DNA of 64,000 nucleotides from Octopus sinensis (taxonomy: Eukaryota). The stretch covers positions 47,430,001-47,494,000 of the forward strand of contig NC_043007.1 in the NCBI RefSeq assembly GCF_006345805.1, written 5' to 3'. The position numbers and the translations under genes are program-made. This document shows positions 1-11,500 of this stretch, piece after piece (within the stretch, counting starts at the first letter, position 1; each line of letters starts with the position of its first letter). The notes under the pieces were generated by a model that was not told where the DNA came from, did no database searches, and was given only the letters and a program-made list of their open reading frames with translations.

Positions 1-2290
1 TAGTCAATCGTAATGGAGATTTAGTACGGTTAAAGTAAGTTGGGAAGTAGTGAATGAGAAGCAGCCATATCTAAAACTAACTAGTACATTAATGAGTAAA
101 AGTTTAGGGAAAATGCTAAATTGGAACAGCACATGACCAGATTTAATTCAAGGCTACTCACTAAAAAAATTTAGTGGTTTACATGGGAGGTTAAGGGAAC
201 AACTTCAGAGTTACCAAAATAGAGGAATAATACCAGATTGGATGGCTAGAGGGAAGACAATATTTCTTTTGAAAGATAAAAGCAAAGGTAATACAACTAG
301 TAATTATAGACCAATCACTTGTTTATCATTAGTGTGTTAGCTGTTAATAGGAATGCTTTCAGAAAGCATTTACGAGCACCTTGACAACAAGAATTTACTG
401 CCAGAAGAACAGAAAGGTTGCAGGATAAAGGCGAGAGGAACGCATGGTCTATTATATAAGGACAAACCAGTTCTAAATGAAATAAAAGCTAGAAAGAAAA
501 GTCTAACAATAGCATGGATAGATTATAGAAAAGATTATGACATGATCCCACACTCATGGATAAGTCAATGTTTGAGTATATTCAGTATAGCAGACAACAT
601 TAGAGAATTAATCATCTTTAGAATGAAGAAATAGGAAGTAGATCATTATTCAGGTGACAGAGTGTTAGAGGATGTTAATATCAAAAGAGGAATTTTCCAG
701 GGAGACACGTTGCCTCCTTTAATATTTGTTTTATGTTTGATTCCCCCTCGGTTTAGTATTAAGGAAAGCAAAGGCAGGGTTTGGGTTCAGAAATAGTAAG
801 GGGAAAATTAACCATTTGCTTTACATGGATTATCCGAAGCTTTTTAGTAAGAATGAAAAAGAGATAGATTCCTTAATACAGATTGTAAGACTCTTCAATA
901 AAGATTAATTTGGCATAGAAAAATGTGCAATGTTAGTCATGAGAATGAGGAATGTAGTCAACAGCGATGGCGTCCAACTAGCAGATGGCCAGACATTAAA
1001 ATGTTTGAAAGGAGGAGAGTGCTATGAGTATCTAGGCGTATTAGAATCAAAGTACTAACTATAGAAATGAAAGCAAAAATTGAGGAGTACAACACAGAAG
1101 GGTGAGGAAACTGATGAAGTCAAAGCTAAATAGCCTGAATCTAGTGAAGGCTGTAAATACTTGGGCGGTATCGTTACTTAGATACTCAGTAGCTTTTGTA
1201 GATAGGACAAAAACTGAATTAGCAAAACTAGACAGAACTACGAAGGCATTCAGTATGAATGGAGAACTCCACCCGAGAGCAGATGTGGCAAGATTATACT
1301 TACCTAGAAAGGAATGTGGAAGAGGTTTAATATCAGTAGAAGACTGTGTGGAGTTAGCTAGAGTAAATATAGACTCCTACGTAGGAGAAAGTTTGTTAAA
1401 AGTTGCTTGAGTCACAGGAAGACATAAGAAAACAAAAAACACAAACGAAGTTAAAAACCTGAAAACAACAGAAATTATCTGACTGGCAGAAGGCGTTGTA
1501 TGGTAGATTCCCAAAGATAGTTGCAGCAAATAGAAGTAGTGAGACGTGGTTATGGTTGCAGAAAGGACAGTTGAAAAAGGAGAATTTGTTATTAGCAGCA
1601 CGGGATCAAGTATTAAGGACTAATTGGATAAAAGCCAAGATAGACAAAAACAAAGTGGATTCGCAATTTAAGTTATGCAAATCAAAAGAGGAAAGCATTA
1701 CTCATACAGTAAGTGAATGTAGCATGCTGACACAGAAAGAGTACAAGATAAGATATGACAAATTAGATAGAGTAATCAACTGGGTGTTATGTTAACAGCT
1801 AGAATTTGAACATACTGATAAATGGTATGAATATGTACTTAGTAAAGTACTAGAAAGTAAGAAATACAAGATGCTGTGGGACTTCAACATTCAGACTGAC
1901 AGAGTAATAGAAGGTAGAACACCGGATTTAGTAGTAGCAGATAAAGGGAATAGAAAATTCCAGATAATTGACTTTACAAGCTCATATGATGAGAACATCA
2001 ACATGAGAGATATAGAAAAAATACCAAAGTGCCAGTACCTAGCTATTGAACTACAGAGACTATGGCAATTGCGTGTGAAATATAACCAGGTGAATTGGGA
2101 ACTCTCCCTAAAGGTTTGAACAGATGGCTAGTGGAAATAGGCATAAAACCCAGTTTAGTACAGCTCCATAAAACAGTGCTATTAGGGACAGCTAGGATAC
2201 TTAGGAGGGTTCTTGGCATCTAAGGTTACTTGTTTAGCCCAATATCAGGTTTGTTTTTTTCTTTTCCACCAGTCTAATATGTTGTGCGTA
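1..2290 (+). mobile_element. Decayed R4/Dong-like non-LTR retrotransposon (RT, CCHC knuckle, restriction-like endonuclease), running off the window start
   Basis: Frameshifted fragments: EEQKGC and AWIDYRKDYDMIPHSW (RT), GIFQGDTL, WAVSLLRYS and LHPRADVARLYLPRKECGRGL, CKSKEESITHTVSEC (knuckle), WDFNIQTDRVIEGRTPDLVV (PD..D endonuclease). Coding ends GTARILRRVLGI* at ~2223, followed by a short 3' UTR. Confidence 0.88.
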
Positions 2291-2292
2291 TA

Positions 2293-2503
2293 TGAGAAGA
2301 AGAAGAAGAAGAAGAAGAAGAAGAAGAGGATGAGAAGAAGAAGAAGAAGAAGAAGAGGATGAGAAGAAGAAGTAGAAGAAGAGGATGAGAAGAAGAAGTA
2401 GAAGAAGAAGAAGGAAGAAGAAGAAGAAGACGAAGAAGAAGAAGAAGAAGAAGAAGAAGAAGAAGAAGAAGAAGAAGAAGAAGAAGAAGAAGAAGAAGAA
2501 GAA
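2293..2503. repeat. (AAG)n trinucleotide microsatellite with AGG/ATG variants
   Basis: Direct reading of the sequence. Confidence 0.97.
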
Positions 2504-2504
2504 A

Positions 2505-3100
2505 TCAGTAGCAACAGTATAGGATTTTTTAACCAGGCCAGTGGATATTTTATAACCAAATAAATAGGAAAGAAGTAAGTACAGATGATGAGATACTTAA
2601 TGCAGAAGTTAGAAAGTATGGGCGTAATATTTGAGTTAAGGCAGTCAATCATAATGGAGATGCAGTGTGGTTAAAGAAAGTGGGGGAAGAAGCTGTGAGT
2701 GCGAAGCAGCCAGATCTCAGATTAACTACTTCATTAATGAGTAGTGTTTGTAAAAATACCGAATTGGAAAGGCCCTGGACCAGGTTTAATTCAAGTGTGC
2801 TGGCTAAAGAAATTTTGTAGTTTACATGATAGTATATTCAGTATAGCAGACAGCATTAGACAATTAATCACCTTTAGCATGAAGAAATGGAAAGTAGATC
2901 TCTATTCAGGTGACAAAGTCTTAGGAAAAATTAAATGCAAAAGAGGAATTTTCCAAGGAGACTCTTTACTCCCTTTAATATTTGTCTTATGTTTGATCCC
3001 CCTCACTTTCGTATTAAAGAAGGTATCGGTTCAGAAATAGTAAGAGGAAAATTAACCATTCGCTCTACATGGATGATCTTGTCAAAAAACGAAAACTACT
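2505..3100 (+). mobile_element. Second, internally deleted fragment of the same R4/Dong-like family
   Basis: 2641-2829 aligns with 1-187 and 2830-3080 aligns with 574-830; contains KRGIFQGDSLLPLIFVLCLIPL. Confidence 0.85.
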
Positions 3101-3129
3101 TAAAAACGAACAAACAAATCATGCAGAAG

Positions 3130-3760
3130 TTAGAGGTCTTCAATTGATAATCTTCTTAGACTCAAACAAGAATATCATCTTGTATAATTCTTGAACCTGT
3201 TGTTTCTCACTGGTCTTTCAAATCTTGCTTTATCGTTTAGACTTTAACAATCGCTTAAAATATTGCTTTACATCCAGAAAATATCACATAAATCGAAATT
3301 TAATCCTTAACGTTTTGCGGTTTGCACCATACGAAGTCGAAAGTCGTAGCATCCATTTCAGCATGCTACTGTGAGCACATACAGCAATTTCACCTTGGGA
3401 AGTATCGAGATTAGTTTCACTTGATTGGCTGATATTGAAGCAAATTTTATTTTTTATGGGTTTGTAACTTTTTCATTATTGCTTTTTCATTACAATTATG
3501 ATATTCCTAATTGGCATAGAACCTAAATGTTCAGACATATTAGATGAGTAGTGTCAAAGTGAAAAGATTCATTAACTTTGGGATATTGCCTCAGAGTCTA
3601 CGAGAAGAGAATTGTGAATAAATTACTAGCTTTAATGAACGATATTGTTTATCGTAAAATTTATTGTAAAATTTGTGACAAAATTATTACTAGGTAACTG
3701 ATGAGTTATGCAGTAAAATAGAAACAATTTTGCTGGTGACAATAAGCTTCAGAAAGTAAA
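3130..3760 (+). mobile_element. Probable Penelope-like 3' end/pseudo-LTR remnant with a degenerate hammerhead motif
   Basis: CTGATGA (3698-3704) followed by GAAACAATT (3721-3729), resembling the 32.4-kb motif; stems do not fold well. Confidence 0.35.
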
Positions 3761-3789
3761 CAAGGATGTATTTGACCGATGAGAACTTC

Positions 3790-4165
3790 ATGTGTAGCTC
3801 TGTGTGTTAAGAAGCTCGATTCTCAACCACATTTTTCCGGGTTCAGTCCCACTGATAGTACCTTGGGCTTCTAGTAGTCTTCTATTATAGCCTCGGGCCG
3901 ACCAAAGACTTGTGAGTGGATTTGGTAGATGGAAACTACGTGTGTGTCTTTGTGTCTGTTTTTGTCCACCATCACCGCTTGGCAACCGGTATAGGTGTGT
4001 TTACATCCTCGTAACTAAGCGGTATGACAAAAGAGACCGATAGAATAAGTACAGGGTTTCAAAGATGGATGCTGGGGTCGATTTGTTCGACTAAGACCTT
4101 TCAAGGCGGTGCTCTAGCATGGCCGCAGTCAAAGGGCTGAAACAGGTAAAGGAGTAAAGGAGTAA
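3790..4165 (+). mobile_element. Major cephalopod-type SINE (family A), near full length
   Basis: gggttcagtcccactg ... gcctcgggccgaccaaag ... ggcggtgctctagcatggccgcagtcaa; homologous copies at 15.2, 18.2, 29.1, 42.3, 44.1 and 63.9 kb. Confidence 0.85.
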
Positions 4166-5042
4166 AAGGATTAGTGTGATGGAATAAAGTCGTTGTGGTC
4201 TACAGCCTGTATTCATGCATCCTTAGAACTTTCCAGTTTAAAGATCTTGATACCAACCAACATCGTTCTCTTCTCAACAGTTGCCAAATCACGCTTTGAA
4301 TACTCCTGCTCACTGAAGTTTCCTTATAGGAGGGAAAACATTGGGAGAATTGAAGCAAATTGGAAATCGATCATAAAACAAAACAAAATAGCATGGCAGA
4401 CCTTGGCATTTGGATCGCCTCGACATTTTCAAACACTATTTTTCTCCAATATCACTATAAACTCAACTAGATTTGTATAATGTGGAAAATATTCCATCAA
4501 TACTGTCCAAATGACGCTGGTATCATATCGCCCAAAAATAAACCCTCACCCGTTCTATAATCCCCTTACAAAAATAGAGCTTGCATCACACCAAATCTAA
4601 ATATATGTTTAATAAATCTCTCATTTATGACTCACATTCATGTATGCGGGTGCGCGTGTGTGTGCGCATACCCGCGTATATGCATGCGCGCGTGTGTATA
4701 TATGAAACGTAATCTGTGTTTGCCTGAATTAATCTGTATGCCACTCTGTTCATTATATTAAAACCCGAAGGCAGTGTGTAAGGGAGATAATTCTCTTATA
4801 AAAGTTACCCAAGCGTTAACAGTGTTATGTATTGTTGCTATTTTATTATATAACCGGTTATATTTTGTGTTGCAGTCGAGAAGAGTGTATTCAATGGACA
4901 TTAAATATGTAATTTACATTTTATTTCTATCAATATGATCTAAATTTTAAAAATAGTAAGCTTAAATAATTCTACTTGGACGTTTTCCAGGTTGAACAAT
5001 TTAAACACATACAGCGATTTCATATTATTGTTGTTGTTGTAT

Positions 5043-5090
<48 letters not shown>

Positions 5091-5499
5091 CCCGCTTTTC
5101 CCTTACTTCCTATTTACCTCAAATTGTTTTTCTGTTTTTTTTCTCCATTTCCCATAGATGTCCTGTGTTCTATTTTTCTTTCGTCTTCTTCTCAAGAATT
5201 TATTTAAACATTTTAAAATAGCCGTCATTTCTTGTAGATCATGTGTTCATTAACTGACATCTAAAAACTTTTTTCATTAAAAGTAATTTTAATGTTTTTG
5301 CTATACAAATATAGAACGTATTTCTCTATTCCTAAACTATAAATCAAACAACAAAAATACATAAACAATTTCCAACAAGCACATGTATTCAATATTCGCC
5401 CAACGTGGTGTCGCAGAATAGATAGATCTCGGTCGATTTCGACGATGGGTATTCAAGTCGTTATATCAACTTCAGTATAATTGGCTGAGTATACCATAA

Positions 5500-5940
5500 G
5501 TAGTGGGTAGCGATTTTCTTCACTACTTCAGAGAGTGACAACCCTGCCTGAGACGAGTCCCGGGCTCAGCTGGCTCCTGTTGACAGTACCCGGTATGGGC
5601 CCCTATCCAGGGTTACGGAAAGGAAACAACCTTCAAAGAAATTCGGAGTGGAACCCCGTAGGAGGTTTAGTGTTCAACTTGACACTCTTCTGGCAGCCCC
5701 TGCAACCAAGCTGGTGCCAAACGTAATGCTCTGCAGTCTTTTGGACTACGTCAGCAAAGTCGAGAAAGGAATCCTGACGATAGGGCTACCCAGGATTTTC
5801 TTACATCTTGCCCAGGCCTGCGCAAGACTGAAGAGGAAACTAGAGAGGACAGGAAATATAAAATTCAGACTGGATTAGTTTATGCGCAACTCCATTATCT
5901 CCCGAGACAAAAGGATGCCAACAACAACAACCATAGAGAA
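5500..5940 (+). mobile_element. Probable RTE-clade LINE 5' UTR/start remnant
   Basis: GC-richer island with ttggactacgtc...gagaaaggaatcctgacgatagggctacccagg, resembling RTE 5' UTRs as recalled; no ORF support. Confidence 0.35.
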
Positions 5941-6039
5941 GTGTACAATTAATGTAGCCCCAGGCAGAGACGTGACATGGCTAACCATTTCAGTTGAGGG
6001 AGACTGTGTGGAAGCCCGCCGCGTGGATTGAACCTTTGA

Positions 6040-6215
6040 TTCTACAGATTCAATCTATTCTGACGGGTTTCTACACAGTTTCAATCAACCCGTTTTCACT
6101 CTCATAGTATGGATCAGACAGAGGCTACAGGGCAAACACTGGCTCAAGACTCTACACAGTGGGGTCGAATTTGCTGTCTCATGATATCGAAGCGAATTTC
6201 TTAACGACTCAGCTT
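6040..6215 (-). mobile_element. Diverged SINE family A 5' half
   Basis: gggtttctacacagtttc ... acagtggggtcgaa aligns loosely to the reverse complement of family A. Confidence 0.5.
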
Positions 6216-6691
6216 ATCAATCAATGTACGGAGATACAGAAAAAGCAGACACACGCACTGGTATGCATTGAATGTACGTAAATGCGTACGCGCATTTACT
6301 CATGCATGCACAGAGTAGAAGTCATCAGTCAATGGTTATTTTCAAGGCTAGCGAAATGTCCTTAGCTAAATTTCTTCAAAATGGAGATATAATGAGGCTA
6401 TCATATATCTTATTTGTTAATTTATGCATTACTGTCTTCCTCTGTCGATTCTATCATAGATTCTATCAATCTTGGTATTGTCTAGACATTAAGACATTTT
6501 AATGCTGAAATAAGATTCTCTCGTCAAAACATATTTCTCAACATAAACCATCAACACATAAATTTACTTTCGACCAATGATAAAGACTACTTTTTAAGTG
6601 GGAACTCGATTTGCTAGCAACAACAGCCAAATATTTTTCAGATAATACCGTTCTATCATGGAAAAGGAAAGGCTAACACATTAGGCAATGT

Positions 6692-7075
6692 AGTCATCAT
6701 CATCGTTTAACGTCCGCTATCCATGCTAGCATGGGTTGGACGGTTCAACTGGGGTCTGAGAAACCAGAAGGCTGCACCAGGCCCAGTCTGATCTGGCAGT
6801 GTTTCTACAGCCGGATGCCCTTCCTAACGCAAACCACTCCATGAGTGTAGTGGGTGCTTTTTACGTGCCACCGGCACAGGTGCCAGACGAGGCTGGCAAA
6901 CGGCCACGATCAGATGGTGCTTTTTACGTGCCACCTGCACGGAGGCCAGTCAGGGAGGAGCTGGCTACGGCCACGTTCGGATGGTTCTCTTACGTGCCAT
7001 GGGCACTGGTATCACAGCTACAAATTCCATTGATGTTGATCGATTTCGATTTTGATTTTGATTTTGATTTCGATT
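6692..7075 (-). mobile_element. SINE or LINE-tail element with an RTE-like 3' end and (ATG)n tail
   Basis: catcatcatcgtttaacgtccgc...catgctagcatgggttggacgg and ggatgcccttcctaacgc; internal three-fold repeat of gtgctttttacgtgccacc. Confidence 0.6.
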
Positions 7076-7098
7076 TTGAAAAAAAAATCAATATAGTC

Positions 7099-7168
<70 letters not shown>

Positions 7169-7171
<3 letters not shown>

Positions 7172-7380
7172 GGAGTAAACGCATAAATATGAAACAAGGT
7201 GGAAAAAAGATTACTCAAATACCAGTTAGAGTAATACGCTTTATTTAAAAGCAGCAGAAATATAACAAAAGCAGTTACTCAGAGTTTCACGTTCCCGTTC
7301 GTCGGACAGTTTCCCGACGAACGGGAACGTGAAACTCTGAGTAACACCTTTTGTTACATTTCTGGAGCTTTTAAATAGAG
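7169..7380. mobile_element. PLE-type pseudo-LTR fragment in (TA)n with a perfect 32-bp hairpin carrying two divergent HHR copies
   Basis: Arms 7274-7305 and 7314-7345 are exact reverse complements with an 8-nt loop; right arm reads CCGACGA-acgGGAAcgt-GAAAC-tctga-GTA; 7169-7260 is the reverse complement of 60255-60345. Confidence 0.75.
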
Positions 7381-7422
7381 TATATATATATGTATATATA
7401 TATATTATATATATAATTATAT

Positions 7423-7454
<32 letters not shown>

Positions 7455-7463
7455 ATATATATA

Positions 7464-7501
<38 letters not shown>

Positions 7502-7604
7502 ACATATATATATATATACACACACACTTACGGGTATATTGTCTGTTTAATTACATGCACATATGGATCTATACATATGTACGCAAATATATATGAATAT
7601 ATAT

Positions 7605-7649
<45 letters not shown>

Positions 7650-7835
7650 ATGTTATTGTAAGTTTATTCATGTAAAAATGTACATATACACATGCATTCG
7701 CTTGTGTATCCGTGTAGATATCAATATTTACGTATGTACATATGTGTATATATATATGCATATATATATACAAACTTATATATATATATATATGTGTGTG
7801 TTTGTGTATGAGTATGTATGTATGTATATACGTAT

Positions 7836-8047
7836 CGCAATGGCCCAGTGGTTAGGGCAGCGGACTTGCGGTCGGAGGATCGCGGTTTCGATTCCCAGAC
7901 CGGGCGTTGTGTGTGTTTATTGAGCGAAAACACCTAAAAGCTCCACGAGGCTCCGGCAGGGGATGGTGGTGATCCCTGCTGTACTCTTTCACCACTCTAA
8001 AGGCGGTGCTCCAGCATGGCCGCAGTCAAATGACTGAAACAAGTACA
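7836..8047 (+). mobile_element. tRNA-derived SINE with a family-A 3' tail
   Basis: A box tggcccagtgg, B box gtttcgattcc, tRNA-like head without a proper acceptor stem; ends ggcggtgctccagcatggccgcagtcaaatgactgaaacaag. Confidence 0.75.
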
Positions 8048-8170
8048 AAAAAAAAAATATATATATATATATACATATATATGTATGTATATATATACGT
8101 GTGTATGTAGTAAAGCGAGTCGCCAAATCAATGTGGCAGTTCAATGGTGCTGCTGGTTTTCGGTACAATG

Positions 8171-8360
8171 CTCTGCAGCATCGTTTATATACAATATCGC
8201 TAGCAGCGGGAACGAGCTGATCACTCCAGTGAGCAGGTGCTCGGGGTTGAGTATGAGCTAAACAGCACAAAACTGAGTCATCCCGCTAACCCGTTAGCTG
8301 CTGGAATGTTCTAAAGGTTCGATTCCCCTGCTAGCCATGCATTGTATATAAAAGGTGCAG
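8171..8360. repeat. Imperfect inverted-repeat (MITE-like) element
   Basis: tttatatacaatatcgctagcagcgggaacga (8184-8215) pairs with tcgattcccctgctagccatgcattgtatataaa (8319-8352); outer ctctgca/tgcagag. Confidence 0.6.
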
Positions 8361-8424
8361 AGTGTCATATATATGAAGGGTGCCTGGGGCTAACAAGTAG
8401 CAACTTTATAACTTTTATATTTGC

Positions 8425-8503
<79 letters not shown>

Positions 8504-8647
8504 AAATTTTAAGAACTGACCACTTAAAGTGGACAGTTATCTAAGTTTTGTATGTAAAAGAAAATTTTATATTCGGATTGTTTTTAAATATGCTAGGCCA
8601 CTGATTAATATCGATTTCTATCCTTATTTGATTATATATATATATAT

Positions 8648-9620
8648 ACGCGGGTGGGAAGGGGCTGGTGACACAATCTTTGAATTTGGGGATACTAGTT
8701 GCGGATTCTAGCTCGCTCTGATACTGAGTTGAGTTGGTGCCTTCTAGTATCTCAAAATTCAATATATAATCATTTATGATTATAGTATTCTACGCTGAAG
8801 AGAAAAGAGAAGTTTTGGTGCGTCCGTAGATAACTTAAAATTGTATGATAGATTGCCGTCAATTCATTATCTCTTCTTACCTGTTTGTGTCTGCCTTCCA
8901 ATTGCTGTTTTTACTGAGATCTCCCTTTTTAGTAGAAGAAATAGCTATAACTCTTTGACTGTATTTTAAATTCGGTATGTGGTAAGCAATTCGTTGCTAA
9001 ACCCTTTATTGCTTAGTATTACTTAAATTTTCCTCGAATGAGGCTTTTACATGCCGAAGACTACTTGGTGTAATTGATAATTATTCCAAATTATTAATTT
9101 CACCCTTCATTATTACGGATAACCATATTTTATCTCAGTAGATGACAACAGCATCTTGTTTTGGCTACACGCGGGTGGGAAGGGGCTGGTGACACAATCT
9201 TTTCATTCACACTTTGAATTTGGGGATACTAGTTGCGGATTCTAGCTCGCTCTGATACTGAGTTGAGTTGGTGCCTTCTTTAGTATCTCAAAATTCAATA
9301 TATAACTCATTTATGATTATAGTATTCTACGCTGAAGAGAAAAGAAGTTTTGGTAAGGTAGAATTATTTAATATTTAATTCTTATGCTTTCCTAAAACTT
9401 GATTTCGAAACGTGCGTCCGTAGATAACTTAAAATTTATGATGATAGATTGCCGTCAATTCATTCTCTCTTACCTGGTTGTGTCTGCCTTCCAATTGCTG
9501 TTTTTACTGAGATCTCCCTTTTTAGTAGAAGAAATAGCTATACACTCTTTGACTGCTATTTCTAAATTCGGTATGTGGTAAGGCAATTCGTTGCTAAACC
9601 ATTTATTGCTTAGTATTACT
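8648..9620 (+). mobile_element. Tandem direct repeat (about 1.8 units) with a hammerhead ribozyme: PLE pseudo-LTR pair or retrozyme-like element
   Basis: acgcgggtgggaaggggctggtgacac starts at 8648 and 9169 and the units align over ~370 bp; the HHR is intact in copy 2 and core-deleted in copy 1; flanked by (TA)n. Confidence 0.85.
9326..9424 (+). ncRNA. Type I hammerhead ribozyme with canonical core and long stem II
   Basis: Stem I tctacg (9326-31)/cgtaga (9419-24); CTGAAGA 9332-38; stem II 9339-9406 (gaaaagaagttttgg/cctaaaacttgatttc plus inner agaatta/taattct); GAAAC 9407-11; stem III ACGTGCGT; GTC 9416-18. Confidence 0.85.
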
Positions 9621-9710
9621 ATATATATATATAATACACATGTAAGATGGTGTATGCTTGTATGTGTGTATGTATGCATGCGTATGTATGTATATATTTA
9701 TATATATACA

Positions 9711-10229
9711 AAATTAACAGTTATCGCCAAGCTAATATGGCAGTCCATAAATATAAGCCTAAAGCTGCCGTTGATTAGCTCCAAGAGGCCACCGCTATAG
9801 CTAGTTCTATGATACACGAACCTGTGTCCATTATAACCTTCGAACAGGGGAGATCAGCCGCTTCCCCTTAGTGGCCAGGCATCTGCACACATGTTTCAGG
9901 GTATTTACCCTTTATCAATGCAGAGTAGCCAAACACACCAGGCGTCGCTGCTGACCGTCTGTTCGAAGGATTATTTACCTAATTTCAGTGGAATACATCC
10001 ACTGGTTTTCAAAAATAGAAATATTAAAATTTTCAAGTCTCTCTACATGTCTGCAGATGCCTGACCAGCAAGGGGAAACGGCTGGTCTCCCCTGTTCGAA
10101 GGTTGTAATGGACACAGGTTCGTGTGTCATATAGCTAGCTAGAGGCGATGGCCTCTTGGAGCTAAACAACGGCAGCTTTAGTCTTATATTTCTGGACTGC
10201 CATACTAGCTTGGCGATAACTGTTAATTT
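9711..10229. mobile_element. Inverted-repeat element in (TA)n (arms ~184 bp, spacer ~150 bp) carrying a hammerhead
   Basis: 9711-9894 is an imperfect reverse complement of 10045-10229; both inner ends stop at ACATGT. Confidence 0.85.
9883..9923 (-). ncRNA. Minimal type I hammerhead, U3-A8 core variant (this copy has G at position 17)
   Basis: Minus strand: ctgca-TTGATAA-agggt aaat accct-GAAAC-AT-GT-g-tgcag; the sister arm at 10045-10056 retains ACATGT-C-tgcag. Confidence 0.7.
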
Positions 10230-10262
10230 ATATGTATAGATATATACATAAATATACATATG

Positions 10263-10422
<160 letters not shown>

Positions 10423-10829
10423 CATAAATTACAAACCAACGATCAATATTTGTGATACTATTCGTTGAAAGATTTGTGTCGATACACTGTTATTGTCCGT
10501 CTTTACTATTCCATGGATACTCCAACTAAGCTGGTAATTTATCATTAATTACATTATTAATGATACCTTCCAATTTAACAAGCAGTCATCATTTTCAGAC
10601 ACTTCTTGCCACTTAACCTCACCTCTCTTTCTTCAACAGTCACTGCAGATTTTAGAAATCTTTTGTAGTGTGTGTAATGCGACCAATATTTCACTGGTGT
10701 ACTAGAAATAATTTTTGACGACTTTAAACTATGCTGAATATTGGTTTGTCTCTTTTCCATTGGATTGGTAGAACCAGTTAAACAACGATATTTAGCTGTC
10801 TCTTCTTAAATTCTGATTTCTCAATTAAA

Positions 10830-11500
10830 TGTCAACTTTTACATTCAGCTTTCCGGGGTCAATGAAGCAAGGACTTGTGAAGTGTTGCTTATGATGACAG
10901 CGTTGATTCAGGACATTCGGGGGAACTAACATGGATGACAAGACAGACACGAGAGAGGGGATCCTCTGACGCTTAGGGCACTGAGGGATCTAAAAGTGAC
11001 CCTGAACAACAGCTACAGGGGTTTGACGACGACGTCTCCGCTCTTCATGCAGGTTCCTGCGTCTTTTTTTAAATGCTCTAACCCAACAGTAGACACAGAC
11101 TTCCATGCCTTCCGATTAACAGCCGAGGCCTCCAACTGATTGGGAAGGACACTGCATAAAATGAGAGACTACTTGAGATAATCAAGGAAACGAAGTGTTG
11201 AACGTCCATGAGGCCTACTTCCAATCTCGATCTCGCTGAAGAGAACTATGTTTGGGAGCTGGTTACTCGGTATCCGAGTCACATGGTCAACCCAGCAGAG
11301 AATAAGATGAAAGAAGCAGGTCTCAACGCTGTAGACCCCAGCCTTGAGGTGGATTTCGGTATAAGACACCTTGTCCAACCACGTAAGAATGCGGATACTT
11401 TGGAACGATCTGATATGGAATGCTTCCAGTTTTCTGATCTTGATTCGATAAAAGGCCCTGCTCTCAGGGCCATGTGGAAGGCTGGATGTACAGGCAGCTG
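10830..11500 (-). mobile_element. RTE-clade LINE 3' fragment
   Basis: Minus translation WVDHVTRIPSNQLPNIVLFSEIEIGSRPHGRSTLRFLDYLK and NQLEASAVNRKAWK, typical of the RTE C-terminus. Confidence 0.8.

Noticed and set aside
4190-4330. Minus-strand acceptor-like site with a short open frame (also 10575-10810)
   Set aside because: No recognisable protein similarity and weak donors; insufficient support for an exon.
6855-7010. CRISPR-like repeat-spacer pattern
   Set aside because: Only three degenerate units inside a eukaryotic retroposon, with no cas genes and an animal context.
7836-7915. tRNA gene-like sequence (also at 54181-54255)
   Set aside because: A and B boxes are present, but there is no complete cloverleaf or acceptor stem and the sequence runs into SINE bodies.
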